Below the pieces are notes generated by a model. It worked only from the letters and a program-made list of their open reading frames with translations. It had not been told where the DNA came from and made no database searches. From positions 62,001-126,000 of the forward strand of contig NMRA01000415.1 of assembly GCA_002633005.1 (NCBI GenBank): a DNA stretch of 64,000 nt, given 5' to 3'. A program made the translations under genes and the position numbers. Of this stretch, positions 38,124 through 49,884 are shown piece after piece. The DNA comes from Phoronis australis. Its lineage: Eukaryota; Animalia; Phoronida. Position 1 is the first letter of the stretch; every line of letters begins with the position of its first letter.

Positions 38124-40332
38124 CTCCAGGCTGTCTGGCTTATTTGTGTTGTGCTTAAATGGTGTCTTCAGATTATGATTCATCCTCTTCTGCCTCGCGT
38201 TTGGTGACACATACTTCAGTGATGGAGTCCCTGACCTGGACTGTGGCCTCAAGAGGGCGCTGGCGAGAAAACAGAAAAATGAAAGAAAACAAAACTGGGA
38301 GGAAATGACTTCACAGCTACCTTAGCCTTTTGTTGAAAATGTTTTGGACCATGCACATTTAAAACAGGTCTCAAATCAAGCAATTCTTATACAAATTAAG
38401 TCAGTGATTTCTAGGGATGACCTGGCAGGCGACTCGTGGGGAAGACCATGTTTGCTGCATAAATTGACCTGGCTGGTCAAGCCAGCTTAGTGACTGACAT
38501 CGAGTACAAGTTATGTAAATAACAGCTTTAAGCGAATGGTAGCCATGGAAACAAATAATGGCTGAATAACCCTTTCTAACAAAGCATGCTTGGAATTGAG
38601 TATTAGACACATTAATGAACAGTACAATGGTCAAGATGCTTTGATCACCTTAACAACCACCTTATGTAAAAGTGAAGTAGCCTAGAATCCAGGAAAAATA
38701 AAATATTCTGAACATACAAGACAATTAACAATAAATGAATTCACCGATAAAATAAACATCAGAAAAACCTACCTCATTTGGCGGCTGCCTGGTCTACTGG
38801 AGAACTGCTTGCTACTTTTCACTGTTTTTTTCTTGGCATCTCTGTGACGACCAGACAAGTCTATGTCTGTTCTTGCTCTAGCTCGCATCTGATCACGGAA
38901 CTCGGGAGCCACATCCAAACTCAGGAATGGCATATGCTGAAATATGGTCAAGTTGAAGTATGGTTCGAATTTTGAAACAGTTGTTTGACAGAGGGGCAAT
39001 TTTAGAGTGATGGGGACATAAGCCACTTACGGGAGTCTCTGAATTTGAGAACCTGTAATAAAATAAATGCCAATTGCTCAGCAGACAAACCTGGTTGATA
39101 TAATGCAGGAACCCTGTAAACGGCTATTACGGTGATGGGTGCAAAGTTCACAACACGAACACACCCCGCACCTGCAAAAACAATGGGGAACCACTTTTTC
39201 AAGATGTCCGGTTTTCAGCATGAGCCAAGTGCTCGGGAGTTGGGCACTAAGAAAGCTGCGGAATTGACACACACGTTTCATGCCGTGACTTAACAAGTAT
39301 TGTCACACTAGTAGTAAAATGCTAACTGTAAGGTTCATGGATCAACTTTCTGTAAGGAAGATAGGCCAGTACAAGATGGTGAACAATTTATGAACCAGGG
39401 AATGCACTATGGTTTGCTTAAACCTGTTTCTGAGATTTTCAAATAAGTTGAGTTCAATTTCATTGAAATTTGTTTGACTTTTTTGCAGATATGGCAGACA
39501 CCCAGAAAAAGCCAGATAAAAAAGAAAAGAATCATTTGAAAATTAGCCGGACACAAAATTAATGCTCCAAAATTTTGATGATTTTTCGACAAGAAATGAA
39601 AGATTTATCATTTTTCTTAAGGTCAGTTTGTGGCAAATTTTAGAAAAAAGCAATATTGGCCGTTCCAAATTCAAGAATCATTCACACTATTGAGACACAA
39701 GAAGACATTTTCAATAAGTTATTTCATGACTCTTGATACAAAACACAGTGTCGCATATTTAAAAATATGACAAACCTCAAAATCGCCAGTGTCCCAGTCT
39801 TTAGAATCAACTGCATTTTTGCTTGAAGTTTTGTGTCCTAAATTTAAGATTTTCCAAAACTGGACAATTCTTATGACAGATGTTTACAATGCCAGTATTA
39901 TTTCGTCATGCCTGAATTCCGTTTTGGCAAGATTAATCAAACTTATCCAATATTCAAGCTTTTTGGGCCTACCTTATTGATTCACTAACCTCGGAAAATC
40001 TTGTTGGCAATGGAATAGGTGATGTTCTATTTATAGAATTACTAGTAGCATGCATCATGACATGCAAACAGTATTTTGTCTGATCACTTTTGTAATGCAT
40101 TATAACTATAAATATACCTCATGAGGCTTAAGCGGTCTTGCCCTGGATCGTTTTCCGCCATAGTTGAAGAACGGCGAGTCATTTCGCCTCAGTACGGGAG
40201 AGCCAGCGACAGGGCGAGTGTTCCTGAGGAGGGGGATGTCAGCCTCCAGAATCATGTCTGGGTCCTCCTGCAAGAATTCTTGCCGTGACGATATTCCGAA
40301 CATTGCAGAGCTCGTCAGAAGTTGTCCAAGAT
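38124..40332 (-). CDS. Uncharacterised basic, low-complexity protein; three internal exons (partial gene)
   Basis: Exons 40332-40118, 38936-38773 and 38259-38124 have pyrimidine-rich AG acceptors, GT donors and consistent phases (0, 2). They give one open frame: DLGQLLTSSAMFG...PFFNYGGKRSRARPLKPHE|HMPFLSLDVAPEFRDQMRARARTD...RQMS|ALLRPQSRSGTP...KPDSLE. Start and stop exons not identified. Confidence 0.6.
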
Positions 40333-40406
40333 CTGGGAAAAAAAAGTACAACTATTATTAAAATTTCTTGGTCTGTTTACACTGACCTCTTGCCTATTTA
40401 CATTTT

Positions 40407-40448
40407 CACAATGTTTCGGTCGGTCTATTATCCGGCCATCGTCAGGTG
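40407..40448 (-). ncRNA. Penelope-type minimal hammerhead ribozyme motif (probably degenerate)
   Basis: Minus strand CAC-CTGACGA-T-GGCCGG-ATAATAGA-CCGACC-GAAA-CATT-GTG: CUGANGA and GAAA cores, stem II 5/6 pairs, stem I CAC/GTG. Confidence 0.55.
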
Positions 40449-40519
40449 TTACTGCATTCTTAGAAGAATGAGCACGGATATGTGGTACACTCATCATGGT
40501 GTGATTTTTTAGATTATAC

Positions 40520-40600
40520 ATTGTCCGAGGAAGGACTTCAACCCACGACTTCTGAAACTACAGATTTATTTGAGTCCAGCACCTTAACCACTACACTATG
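40520..40600 (-). mobile_element. tRNA-derived SINE head / tRNA pseudogene
   Basis: Minus strand GTAGTGGTTAAGGTGCTGG (A box) ... GTCGTGGGTTGAAGTCC (degenerate B box); no intact acceptor stem. Confidence 0.55.
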
Positions 40601-41526
40601 GAGTTATCCATTTACTTAGAAGGAATTTTCATAATACTTAAACCTTCCTAAGTAGACTGGGCAAGGTGTCACTTGGTTGTTTGCTTGGCTGACTGAAGAC
40701 ATTGACTTGTACTTTCATGTTCTGGGCTTCCTTAATTTTTCTCTTGGTCCAACCTGGTTCACTGACAAGTATTCGGATGTTATTTCACTGGATGTCATGT
40801 TGTGCTACTCCTGATGATGTATAGCCCTCTCTACAACACCTCTTATGTTCAGCAATTCTCATCTCCAGTGGTCTGTTTCACCGATATACGATTCACCACT
40901 TAGATCAAGAGAACGGTTTTAGAAAGTCAAAGAGAAACTCTGTGCAATTTGAAGTATATATTTCATTATTTCTTAAAGCAGTAGCTCTAAGGTCAACCAT
41001 ATGTTTTACAGATAGTCTGGAATAAAGTATATTCCATTCTATTCTAAACCCATGTCCGCCATAAAAGCCAACGTTGATTAAGACCTGAATTATCTTTATG
41101 AAATAAGTCTCCACCTGGGCAACTGCTCAGTCAAAATTGATGTGATTTCTGGGCTTGAAAAGAGCTGGGTGCGGGACGGTGCATCATAGTTTCTCACAAT
41201 ACTTCCTCCATATGTCGATATAATTTAAATCCATATGACCTGGATACGTAAGCACTCATTGTTGTCAATCTCAGTTCTGATAACTGTTAAAAACCTATAC
41301 ATTTGGAATTTGCAGTAGCTTCAGTTTGACACAGGCATCACCACAGGCTAACCAGCCTGTGCCAAGTTGTAGTGTGCCAAATCAGTTTGACGCAGGCATG
41401 CAGCTCGGGCTGCAACAACCCAAGTTAGATCCAAAGAAGGTGGTTGTTAAACAAACACAGCAATGCCAATGAAGGTTGTTAATTGTGCAGCCACTTCAAA
41501 ACTCATGCACACACTCCCACTCCAGA

Positions 41527-42901
41527 TGTAGAAAATTTCGTGATGACTGAGACTTGAACCCAGGTTGCACGAGAGACAGTCAAGCATCTAAACCATTCGG
41601 CCAAGAGGCAATTGCCGCTTGTCAAGCGGCTTAGAGAGGCTTTATCTGACTGTATGTGTTGTGACAACCGGAAGTCACGCTTCACAACACTGCTCCCCCT
41701 TCCACGGAACAGGTGCGCTCCCTGGCTTTTAGATCTCAGCAACACCCTAGCGTCCTGGAATTCGACCTCAGCAATGCTTTCTTTGTGTTCTGAATCCACC
41801 AGTACCAGGTCGCCCCATCTCCATCCGCTGCTTTACATATCAGGGTTAGTCGTAGGCAATGACTATCACCTCTGTTGGCCCGAAGCAGAGGCGATGTAGA
41901 GGCTATAGGCGCTCTGTACGCCGGAAGCTTTTCGGCGAATTATGCCTCGCACCGACTAAACCATCAAAGTCACGTTGTTATAAATACCTTTTGCGCATAG
42001 AGGAACACCTTAGGAGGTTGTCGATGTGTTTAAGTTCTTCCAACTCGAACAAATACTCCCGTTATGAAACTTTTTCTTCGAGCAGTCCCTATTTCAGTTC
42101 CCAAAATCGTGAAATCAAAATTTTCATTTTTTAACCAGGCCGAAGGTCAGAAGTTGCGATCCTACCGGCGAACTTTGAAAGCTGAAGTTCCCGCCCTTTG
42201 CGTACGTGCTGCCGGGAACCAGCCGTGCATTTGCCTTGTTGTTAAACATTAAAATGTCAAATATGTGCACAAAGACTTTTAAATGTCATATCAACAGCAT
42301 TTATTTTTATCAAATACAAACAATAATTCATTGAAATACAAACAGTTTCAAGTAACGCCAATTAAAGACAAGTATAAGTGGTGGCATTTTGGAAACGAAC
42401 ATTTGACTGACAAGACCGCAATGGCTCACCTTTGGCCTATTTAAAAATTATTGAGGTTATGAAGTCACATCACCTAGCCAGCGCGGTAAAAGTTGGAGCG
42501 TGCGCAGTACAAAAATTTTGATTTCACGATTTTGGGAACTGAAATAGGGACTGCTTGAAGAAAAAGTTTCATAACGGGAGTATTTGTTCGAGTTGGATTG
42601 GAAGAACTTAAACACATCGACAACCTCCTAAGGTGTTCCTCTATGCGCAAAAGGTATTTATAACAACATGACTTTGATGGTTTAGTCAGTGCAAGGCATA
42701 ATTCGCCTAAAAGCTTCCGGCGTACAGAGTGCCTATAGCCTCTACATCGCCTCTGCTTCGGGCCAACAGAGGCGATGGTCATTGCCTAGGTTAGTCGTGG
42801 ATTTTTCGTTAGTTGGGCGCCAATGTAGAAAATTTCGTGATGACCCAGACTTGAACCCGGGATGCACGAGTGACAGTGAAGCATCTAAACCATTCGGCCA
42901 A
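41527..42901 (-). mobile_element. Miniature LTR element (TRIM, Helenus-like) with a tRNA-like sequence in the LTR
   Basis: Complete 311-bp LTR 41837->41527 (TGTAAAG...TTCTACA). A second, 5'-truncated LTR lies at 42901->42824. A PBS TGGCGCCCAAC (tRNA-Lys 3' complement) sits 1 nt after the LTR CA (42822->42812). Both LTRs contain TGGCCGAATGG...GGGTTCAAGTC A/B boxes. Confidence 0.75.
41853..42788. mobile_element. 936-bp non-autonomous long-TIR (Mutator/foldback-like) element with 9-bp TSD
   Basis: Inverted arms 41853-42124 and 42512-42788 (TAGGCAAT...ATTGCCTA) are highly similar. GGTTAGTCG is directly repeated at 41844-41852 and 42789-42797. Confidence 0.85.
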
Positions 42902-45900
42902 TTCTCTATGAGAGCAGAGACTGACACAGCTGTGTACAAAACAGTGCAGAAAATAACCTTGCTTATTCATTGCTGAGTTTGACTAGAGTCAGTAAAACAA
43001 GAACAAGGCCAATTTTTCATGATTTGTAGGCCAATACACTCTGTCCAGTGCAAACACTGCAAAGAAACCACTCGTGTTCATGAAGGTGAAACGATTAATT
43101 TTAAATCAGACAAATTTCAGAAACCATACCTGAATAATAGCCCACTTAAAAAACAAATATGCCCGGTCATGAGCGAAAACGGCACGGATTTACACAGTTG
43201 TCAACCATATTGTTTATGGACGAACTACACCAACCACCTGTTAAGGATATTAATGCGCTAAGTAAATAACACTAAAACAGGTACCAATTTTAGCACACAT
43301 CTAATTAACACAGTGCCAAGAAACTACAATTTATTATCTAGAATAAAGTTTTAAATTTGAGGACTTGTAGAGTATAATTGTCACAAAAACACAACTGATA
43401 AACTAATGAAAAACAATATATTCATTCGCGTAGCCTCGCTTTGACAATCTCAAAATAAACTGAGAAGTACTCAAATGGAACTGTAAGGCAGTTGGAAGCA
43501 AAATTCTAATGGGCACACATGGTAATGTCTTTGTAGAGTTATCATCAGATACCATTCTGTGTGCATAGACGACTAATAAATGTTTCATCGGTGTTTGCAG
43601 TCGGTGAAGCTCAAAGATGTCGCTCTGGTTGTGTCGCCAGAGATCGTCTGCTCTTGTTGTGTACGGGGCCCTTAGGCCTAGGTCTTGTAACGGGATTTTC
43701 TCTTTTTTGGTTTCAATCTCCTCTTAATTATGTGGTTTTCAGTTTCCTTAGGTTATCGTTATTTTGGTTTCATTCATGCAAACACGTTTGTTTTAGTTAA
43801 ATTTTACAACCCAAAAATATTTCTGTAAGCCTACTTTTTTGTAGAACGACACATCACCTGGAAAATTTTCCTAATTTTTTGTCAGTGATCACTTATTCCA
43901 AGCCCTAATTATCAGATCAATTGCTCAACTCCTTACTGCGGTGGCTCTCCAGCCGGCACCATCATCTGCGAACTCCGAGTTCAGAAGGCGATTTTTTTTT
44001 AATAAAGTCGCTGAATCGTTTGGAACTTTAGTGGGCTGAGCGACGTTCAACTGGCGCGAGGCCGGCCCCGGGAGCGGAGGGTTAGCCTCAGTTGGTGCAA
44101 AACTGTAGGCCTATATTTTTCATAAAGCTAGCTGGCTGGCTGGGGATTTAGCAACGATTTCCTTCAAAACGCTAGGACCCCGCTAAAAAGCAAGATTTCG
44201 CGAGATTACGTGATATGTTGCCATGTATTTTAATGAGAACACATGGCTTTGACTTAGCGAGGTCGATCCTAGCCATGACTAATTCTAAGCTATCATTTAG
44301 GGTTTTGTTACAAACGCCTTGGCGGCAAGCCTGGACGGAGCCGGGACTAACCTGTCCTCGATTCGACTCGCTGCTTATAGCCGTGGCGGTGCTGAAGAAA
44401 ACCTATTCGCTAATTGATCGTATAATGCCTCGATTTTAAAAAAATTAAGTCGGACGATGCAGAATTTACTTTTCAACAGCCATGGGGTCTGTTGCCTTTA
44501 TTGTTTGTTTTTTTTGAGTTTGACACTCGTAGGCTAGACAGATGTGTTGACCGCAATTATCTCATCCAGCACGTTCAGCCAATCATCATAAATAGCGCCC
44601 CGTGGCTCCCTTCAATCTGTGACGGCACCACCTAGCCATTGATGTTCCGAGGACTTTGCTGGATACTCTGTGGTAAACGGTGCACGCTTTCTCGTCCTCT
44701 TACCGATAAATCTTGTTAGCTGAGGGCAGGATTTGCCTAACGCGTCACTGACGCTACTGACAGACACTGGTCTCTGAATATTCCGAATCAGATTTGAGAA
44801 TTTTTCTACTTCCCCGAAAATTTCAGAGACAAATCGGAAAGGCGGGTTTTGCGAAAAGTTCGACAGTTTGGGTGGCTTGCTGCTGTAGCAGGTCTCTGGT
44901 TATGATCCTCAGTGGCCCTGAATGCAACGGAAAAGTAGCACCATGTCGTCTTTATTGTGCAACGATGGTCTCTTTTTTGCCACTGAATAGCGATCTGACA
45001 TAGTAGCCTAGAGAAACCCGATTGCCTTCCACGTTCTTCATCGCTTGGGTTGGCAGGAGTTTGTATGTACGTCAGGTATGGCGTTTTTCAGACTCAAGGT
45101 GGCCCTAGGCCGATCATTCTTAACTTACGACAACATTGGCTTAATTACTACGCGAACTCGATAAAACTAGTAGATTTGTGAATGGCAATCATTCATACCT
45201 TTGTATACATGTACTCGTAGGTTACTTCCGCGAATCACCTACACTACGTTTGGAACTTACAGTTTAGAAATTTAGTTTTATTTCGGTGATCATGATCATC
45301 AGTGAAATAAATATTTTTTCTGATGATTATGCTGGTACACGATTACGTTGAAGTTCTCAGGAAACAAATCAAAACCTGCGCTTTTCCGCCGCATTACAGT
45401 AGGTGGGTGAGTTCCGAGTCGAATTTCTCCGCCGAGTGATCTCCAAATACTGTGGTTGGAAAAGTCTGAGCATGTACTGTCCTGCACCTTCACCGCTTGA
45501 CCCGTGTATCCTCATGTATCACGATGCCGTGGCTACCCTGGGACACGCACATTACGAATGCCAAAAGACGTCCAATGTCGACATAAGAATGATGCTGAAA
45601 AGCATGACCCACGTGAGTAACGTTTGTCCATTCTTGGATTGTGCAATTGATTTTATTATCGACATAGTGGAACACGAAACCCATTTTCCCCGCCGAGTTT
45701 GCGTCACTCGCTGAATTCCTGTGTTGAGTTCGATAAGGCTAGGACCTCGCGAAAACGGCGAGACTTCGTGAGATATCCCTGTGTATTTAAATGGGTGCAC
45801 GTGATTATAGCAAGATTTGTCTCGGCGAGACAATACAATGAACTCTACCCTTAGATCACTTTTCAGACTCCTTCACGCACTCAAGTTATTTGTCAACATT

Positions 45901-46267
45901 TCCGTACGTGTATTTTTTGGTCTACCCTATCGCAGCGTCTCTTAACATGTATGTACTTTTCATTTTTTTCACAAAAACTCGGAGCGTACCTCCGTGGCGA
46001 GAAATGTCCGTGCGCTTCCACTGGAACTTTATTCCGCAATCACTTGCCCTCCCGCGCTCCCTCTTGAACAGTTTACATGAGTGAGTGTACCAAGTCTTAT
46101 CATCCCATTAGTTTAGTCCTTTGCCGACTTTAAAAAATCTAAGATGATTGAACCGTATTCATTTTTGCTGAAAATGAGAAGGAGGTTTTCCCACAATTTA
46201 ACCTTCTGAAAAATTATCAGTATAGACCGTATTGTGCGGTAACGCTACTGTTTTCTTATTACTTCAG

Positions 46268-49155
46268 GGCACTTTATTGGCAGAGCAAATCAAAACCCTC
46301 GACAGTGACCCAGTGAGGTTAGCAGCCCTTGATCAACTAGTCATTACTTTGAAAAATTTGTCTAAGACACTGTCACGAAAAATCAAGCAGTTGGACGAAT
46401 CTATTGTTAAATGTGGAAGCGTAGGCACACAGGTAGGTGATTTTTTCTTAATTTACTTGCGCGGGTGATGTTGCCGGTTCTTTGCGGTAAACTGTATTGT
46501 TTGCTAATTTATTGAAGCAGAGTATTGACTGCATGTCCACGCGAGAGACTACGTACCGTTTAGTGAGCCGCGAGAGCGCTTGATTCTCAGAAAGGAACAC
46601 TAAAATCTTCAGTATTTCAGCCGAGTAATTTTATTTGACGATGATGTTGCGATAACCCAGTTAAACTCTCGTACTTTGGTCAGTAAAATATGTCTAGTTA
46701 CACAATATTTTTTTTAAAATTTTATACCTTTTCGCCTTTTCCTGTCCTATAGCTTGTTGTGTTGTGATGTGAAAAGGATTCCTCCACTTGAAATGTAACC
46801 ATTTTATAAATCAGGCATGCCTTAATCAGGCAGTAAATTTTGCTCTTCTCGACTCGAGCAGTTGCAGTGTACAGCACATGTTTTTAAGTGGTTATTTTAA
46901 AAACATTCAAACCACGCGTATGCTTTAGACTTTGTCTACTGCATGCTTACTTAAATCCTTGAAGGGAAACATTTTGCTTGTGCCATCTTCATCTCTCAAA
47001 AGTTTGTAGTAGATTTGAAGATCACGATGTAGTCTATATAGCTACAAACGTTGAAAAACCCAAGGCGATTTAGTTGACGACTGTCGAGTGGAAAAGACTC
47101 CTCATCTCCAAATGCAATATTGTTGTATCCTCTCTGTGGTACGCCGGGAATTTCAAAATGTTTAAGTTGAACAGTGCGCCTATTTCTCAGGCGCCTGGCG
47201 CGTTAAAACTTGATGGAACGTGATCACATTTTTACGCTGCAGTTTAATTGGAAACCTAATCCAGTCATTGGTATTGGCATAAGCCTCCGTTTAGACACAC
47301 GTCGTAAATTTGCTATATTTTAGTAGAACAGACCCAGGCCATGCTGTCTACTTCTGCAATAGCTATATTGGGTGAAATAGGCAAAATAGGGCACCCTTTT
47401 AAGTTCAACAAGAACGAAACGGCGCAGTGTCAAGGGATTTGCTCTAAATCTTCTTCTATTACACTTAGTTCTAGTTGGCAAAGGAATTTACTAGCGTACA
47501 GAATTCTTGAAGTGAGATGGTTCTAATTTAGCCCATCATCGAGATTAACCCTGATTTTCATGGCCTAACGCTGGGTACAATTAAAAACTTTGCATTTGTT
47601 TGCTAGTGCTTTGCAGTTCATCTACATTCCAGAAATCTAGTTTTGATAACCATGAGCACGGGAGGCGACGGGCTATCGAGGACACTCTGATGTCAAAAGG
47701 TCATCTGACTTTCACGGACGTCGCTGGATTGGAAGAGGCTAAGGGAACATTGAGTGAAGCTATCATAATGCCTGTTCAGTACCCACATTTGTTTACCGGC
47801 GGTAGAAAACCATGGAAACGGATTTTGTTATACGGTCCTCCCGGAACTGGGAAGTCTAGGTAAAAAAGGTATTTAAAGTACAGTTGGTAGGCATTCCAAA
47901 ATATTTTTCTTAAGCGACTTTAGCTTCGTCACCGACTCTGAGCACTATAGTAACACAGGAATTTGGCCTAAATGACTGGTGGAAATCGACATCGAAATCT
48001 GATAAAGAGGTTTAAACTTCGTTGACCAATTAAGTTATTGAAAGTTGACTTCCTAAAACCGCTCTGAGGTGGTGGCGTATTACAACTATTATTAAAATCT
48101 CTTGGTCTATTTACACCGACCTCTAATACTAAGAGATTTTAATAATAGTAATTGAAAGTTGCCAGAGACCCCCCCCCCCCNCCCCCCCCCCCCCCCAAGT
48201 GAAGCACTGCTGTGCTACTGCGCATCTCTGTTTCGGTACATTAGGAGTGGAGAGGCAAGCATCCAGATCTGACCAAATTGGGTGATCCTTTATGAGGACA
48301 TAGACATGTTTAATCGTAGTTTCTAATAATCGTTTGCTACGCCACGGCAAATGGTTGTTATTATAATCTTATTTTTTCAGGCTTGCTCAGGCACTGTCCA
48401 GTGAAATCAAATCAAGTTTCTATTCTGTGTCGAGTTCTGACCTCATTTCAAGTTGGGTTGGTGAAAGTGAGAAACTCATCAAAGAGTTGTTTGCTCATGC
48501 CGTACAGCAACGTGGTCGCTCCGTGGTATTCGTAGATGAAATCGACAGTATTTGCCGTAAGAGGTCCTCTTCGGAGGAAGAACATACAAGACGAGTAAAG
48601 ACAGAACTTCTACGTCAACTGGAAGGTGTTGACAATACTGACGAGTCGGAGATTTTCTTCCTTTGCGCCACGAACTGTCCGTGGGAGCTCGACTCTGCTT
48701 TTCTACGACGGTTCCAGAAGCGAATATACATTCCTCTGCCCAGCTTCGAGTCGCGCATACAACTGATGAAAATACACACAAGAGACAATCGTGTGACCAT
48801 GGGTGAGGAGGACTGGAGGTCGCTGTCAGAAGCGACTGTGAACTACTCTGGTAGTGATCTTGCCACGGTTGTGCTTGGTGCCTTGTTTGAACCCGTTCGA
48901 GAGATGCAACAAGCGCGTTTCTGGCACTACACGCCATCAGACACGCTGGTACCATGTGCGCAGGATGCGCCAGGTTCCTTCTCCGCGCGCATGCACGAAC
49001 TGCCGCCGGATAAATTGGTGCCAAGGGATGTCAATCTGCAGGATTTCATGACGTCACTAAATGTAAACGGCAGAACCATAACCTTAGAAGATTTGGCTAA
49101 ATTTGAACAGTTTACGTCCAATTTTGGCGAGAATGGAAGCCCACTGAAGCCGTAG
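46268..49155 (+). CDS. VPS4: VPS4-like meiotic-clade AAA+ ATPase (divergent paralogue; first exon not identified)
   Basis: Exons 46268-46432, 47633-47859 and 48381-49155 are phase-consistent. Motifs: [44 protein letters not shown] (Walker A), [22 protein letters not shown] (Walker B), [25 protein letters not shown] (SRH), a VPS4-type beta-domain [10 protein letters not shown], and C-terminal FEQFTSNFG. Confidence 0.9.
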
Positions 49156-49884
49156 TCGGTCTGATGATTCACAGCTTAAAGTGTGCTGTGACCGCCAACT
49201 CTTTCTTCAAGACTTCACGTAGGCTGGAAGGTTGAAAACATGTCAACATTGATTGATGCATTGACTGAATGGTTGTTAATAATACTGTTTGAATTTAAGT
49301 TGGCCTAATTAATTCTTAAGTGTGTCATTCGGTGCGTAGTGTTGTATGTTTTACCTCATCAGTACACCCTGTGGCAGATAATTTTCATTGCAGGTTACAT
49401 GACGGCGTTTTCCCGTGCAGTGACTTTACCAGAGGTAGAGGGTTGTGAGCATCTAGCTTTTTTGTTAACTGCCAAGCACAGACTTTTGTCTGGTATGGCA
49501 ACAGACAGGCCAATTATTACAGACCACATGTGAACACCGTCAAACCCAGAGCGAATTGGTACCGGGGGTTGGAAAGAATTGATTATCGTAACTTCGGTTG
49601 TAGTTGAGCGATTTTGGCGATTCAACAACTAAACATGATCAAGATTTGACAAGGATTTCAGAAATTCTATGCGTTTATGTTCAAATATGTTATAACTTGA
49701 CTTTTATTTTTAACAGCACAGCCCAGTCTGGCTAGATAGGATCTTATTGGAGATTAGAGCAATTATCGAACAAAAGAGAGCTGGCTCTCTAACCATATAT
49801 GCCAGAATAGAGTTAACCAGTAGTGTAAGATATTGGCTATAGGGGTAAACTTCCCAACTTGTTGGGAAAATAATATAATCGAAC

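Noticed and set aside
39331-39991. Non-autonomous DNA transposon with AGGTT..TG.ATCAA ends
   Set aside because: Only a 15-bp inverted match with 3 mismatches and no TSD; plausible but unsupported.
41527-41604. Functional tRNA-Asp genes (also 42824-42901)
   Set aside because: The acceptor stem cannot be formed, the two copies differ in the anticodon loop, and both are embedded in LTRs.
48479-49172. Antisense ORFs over the VPS4-like last exon
   Set aside because: Shadow frames of a GC-richer coding exon.
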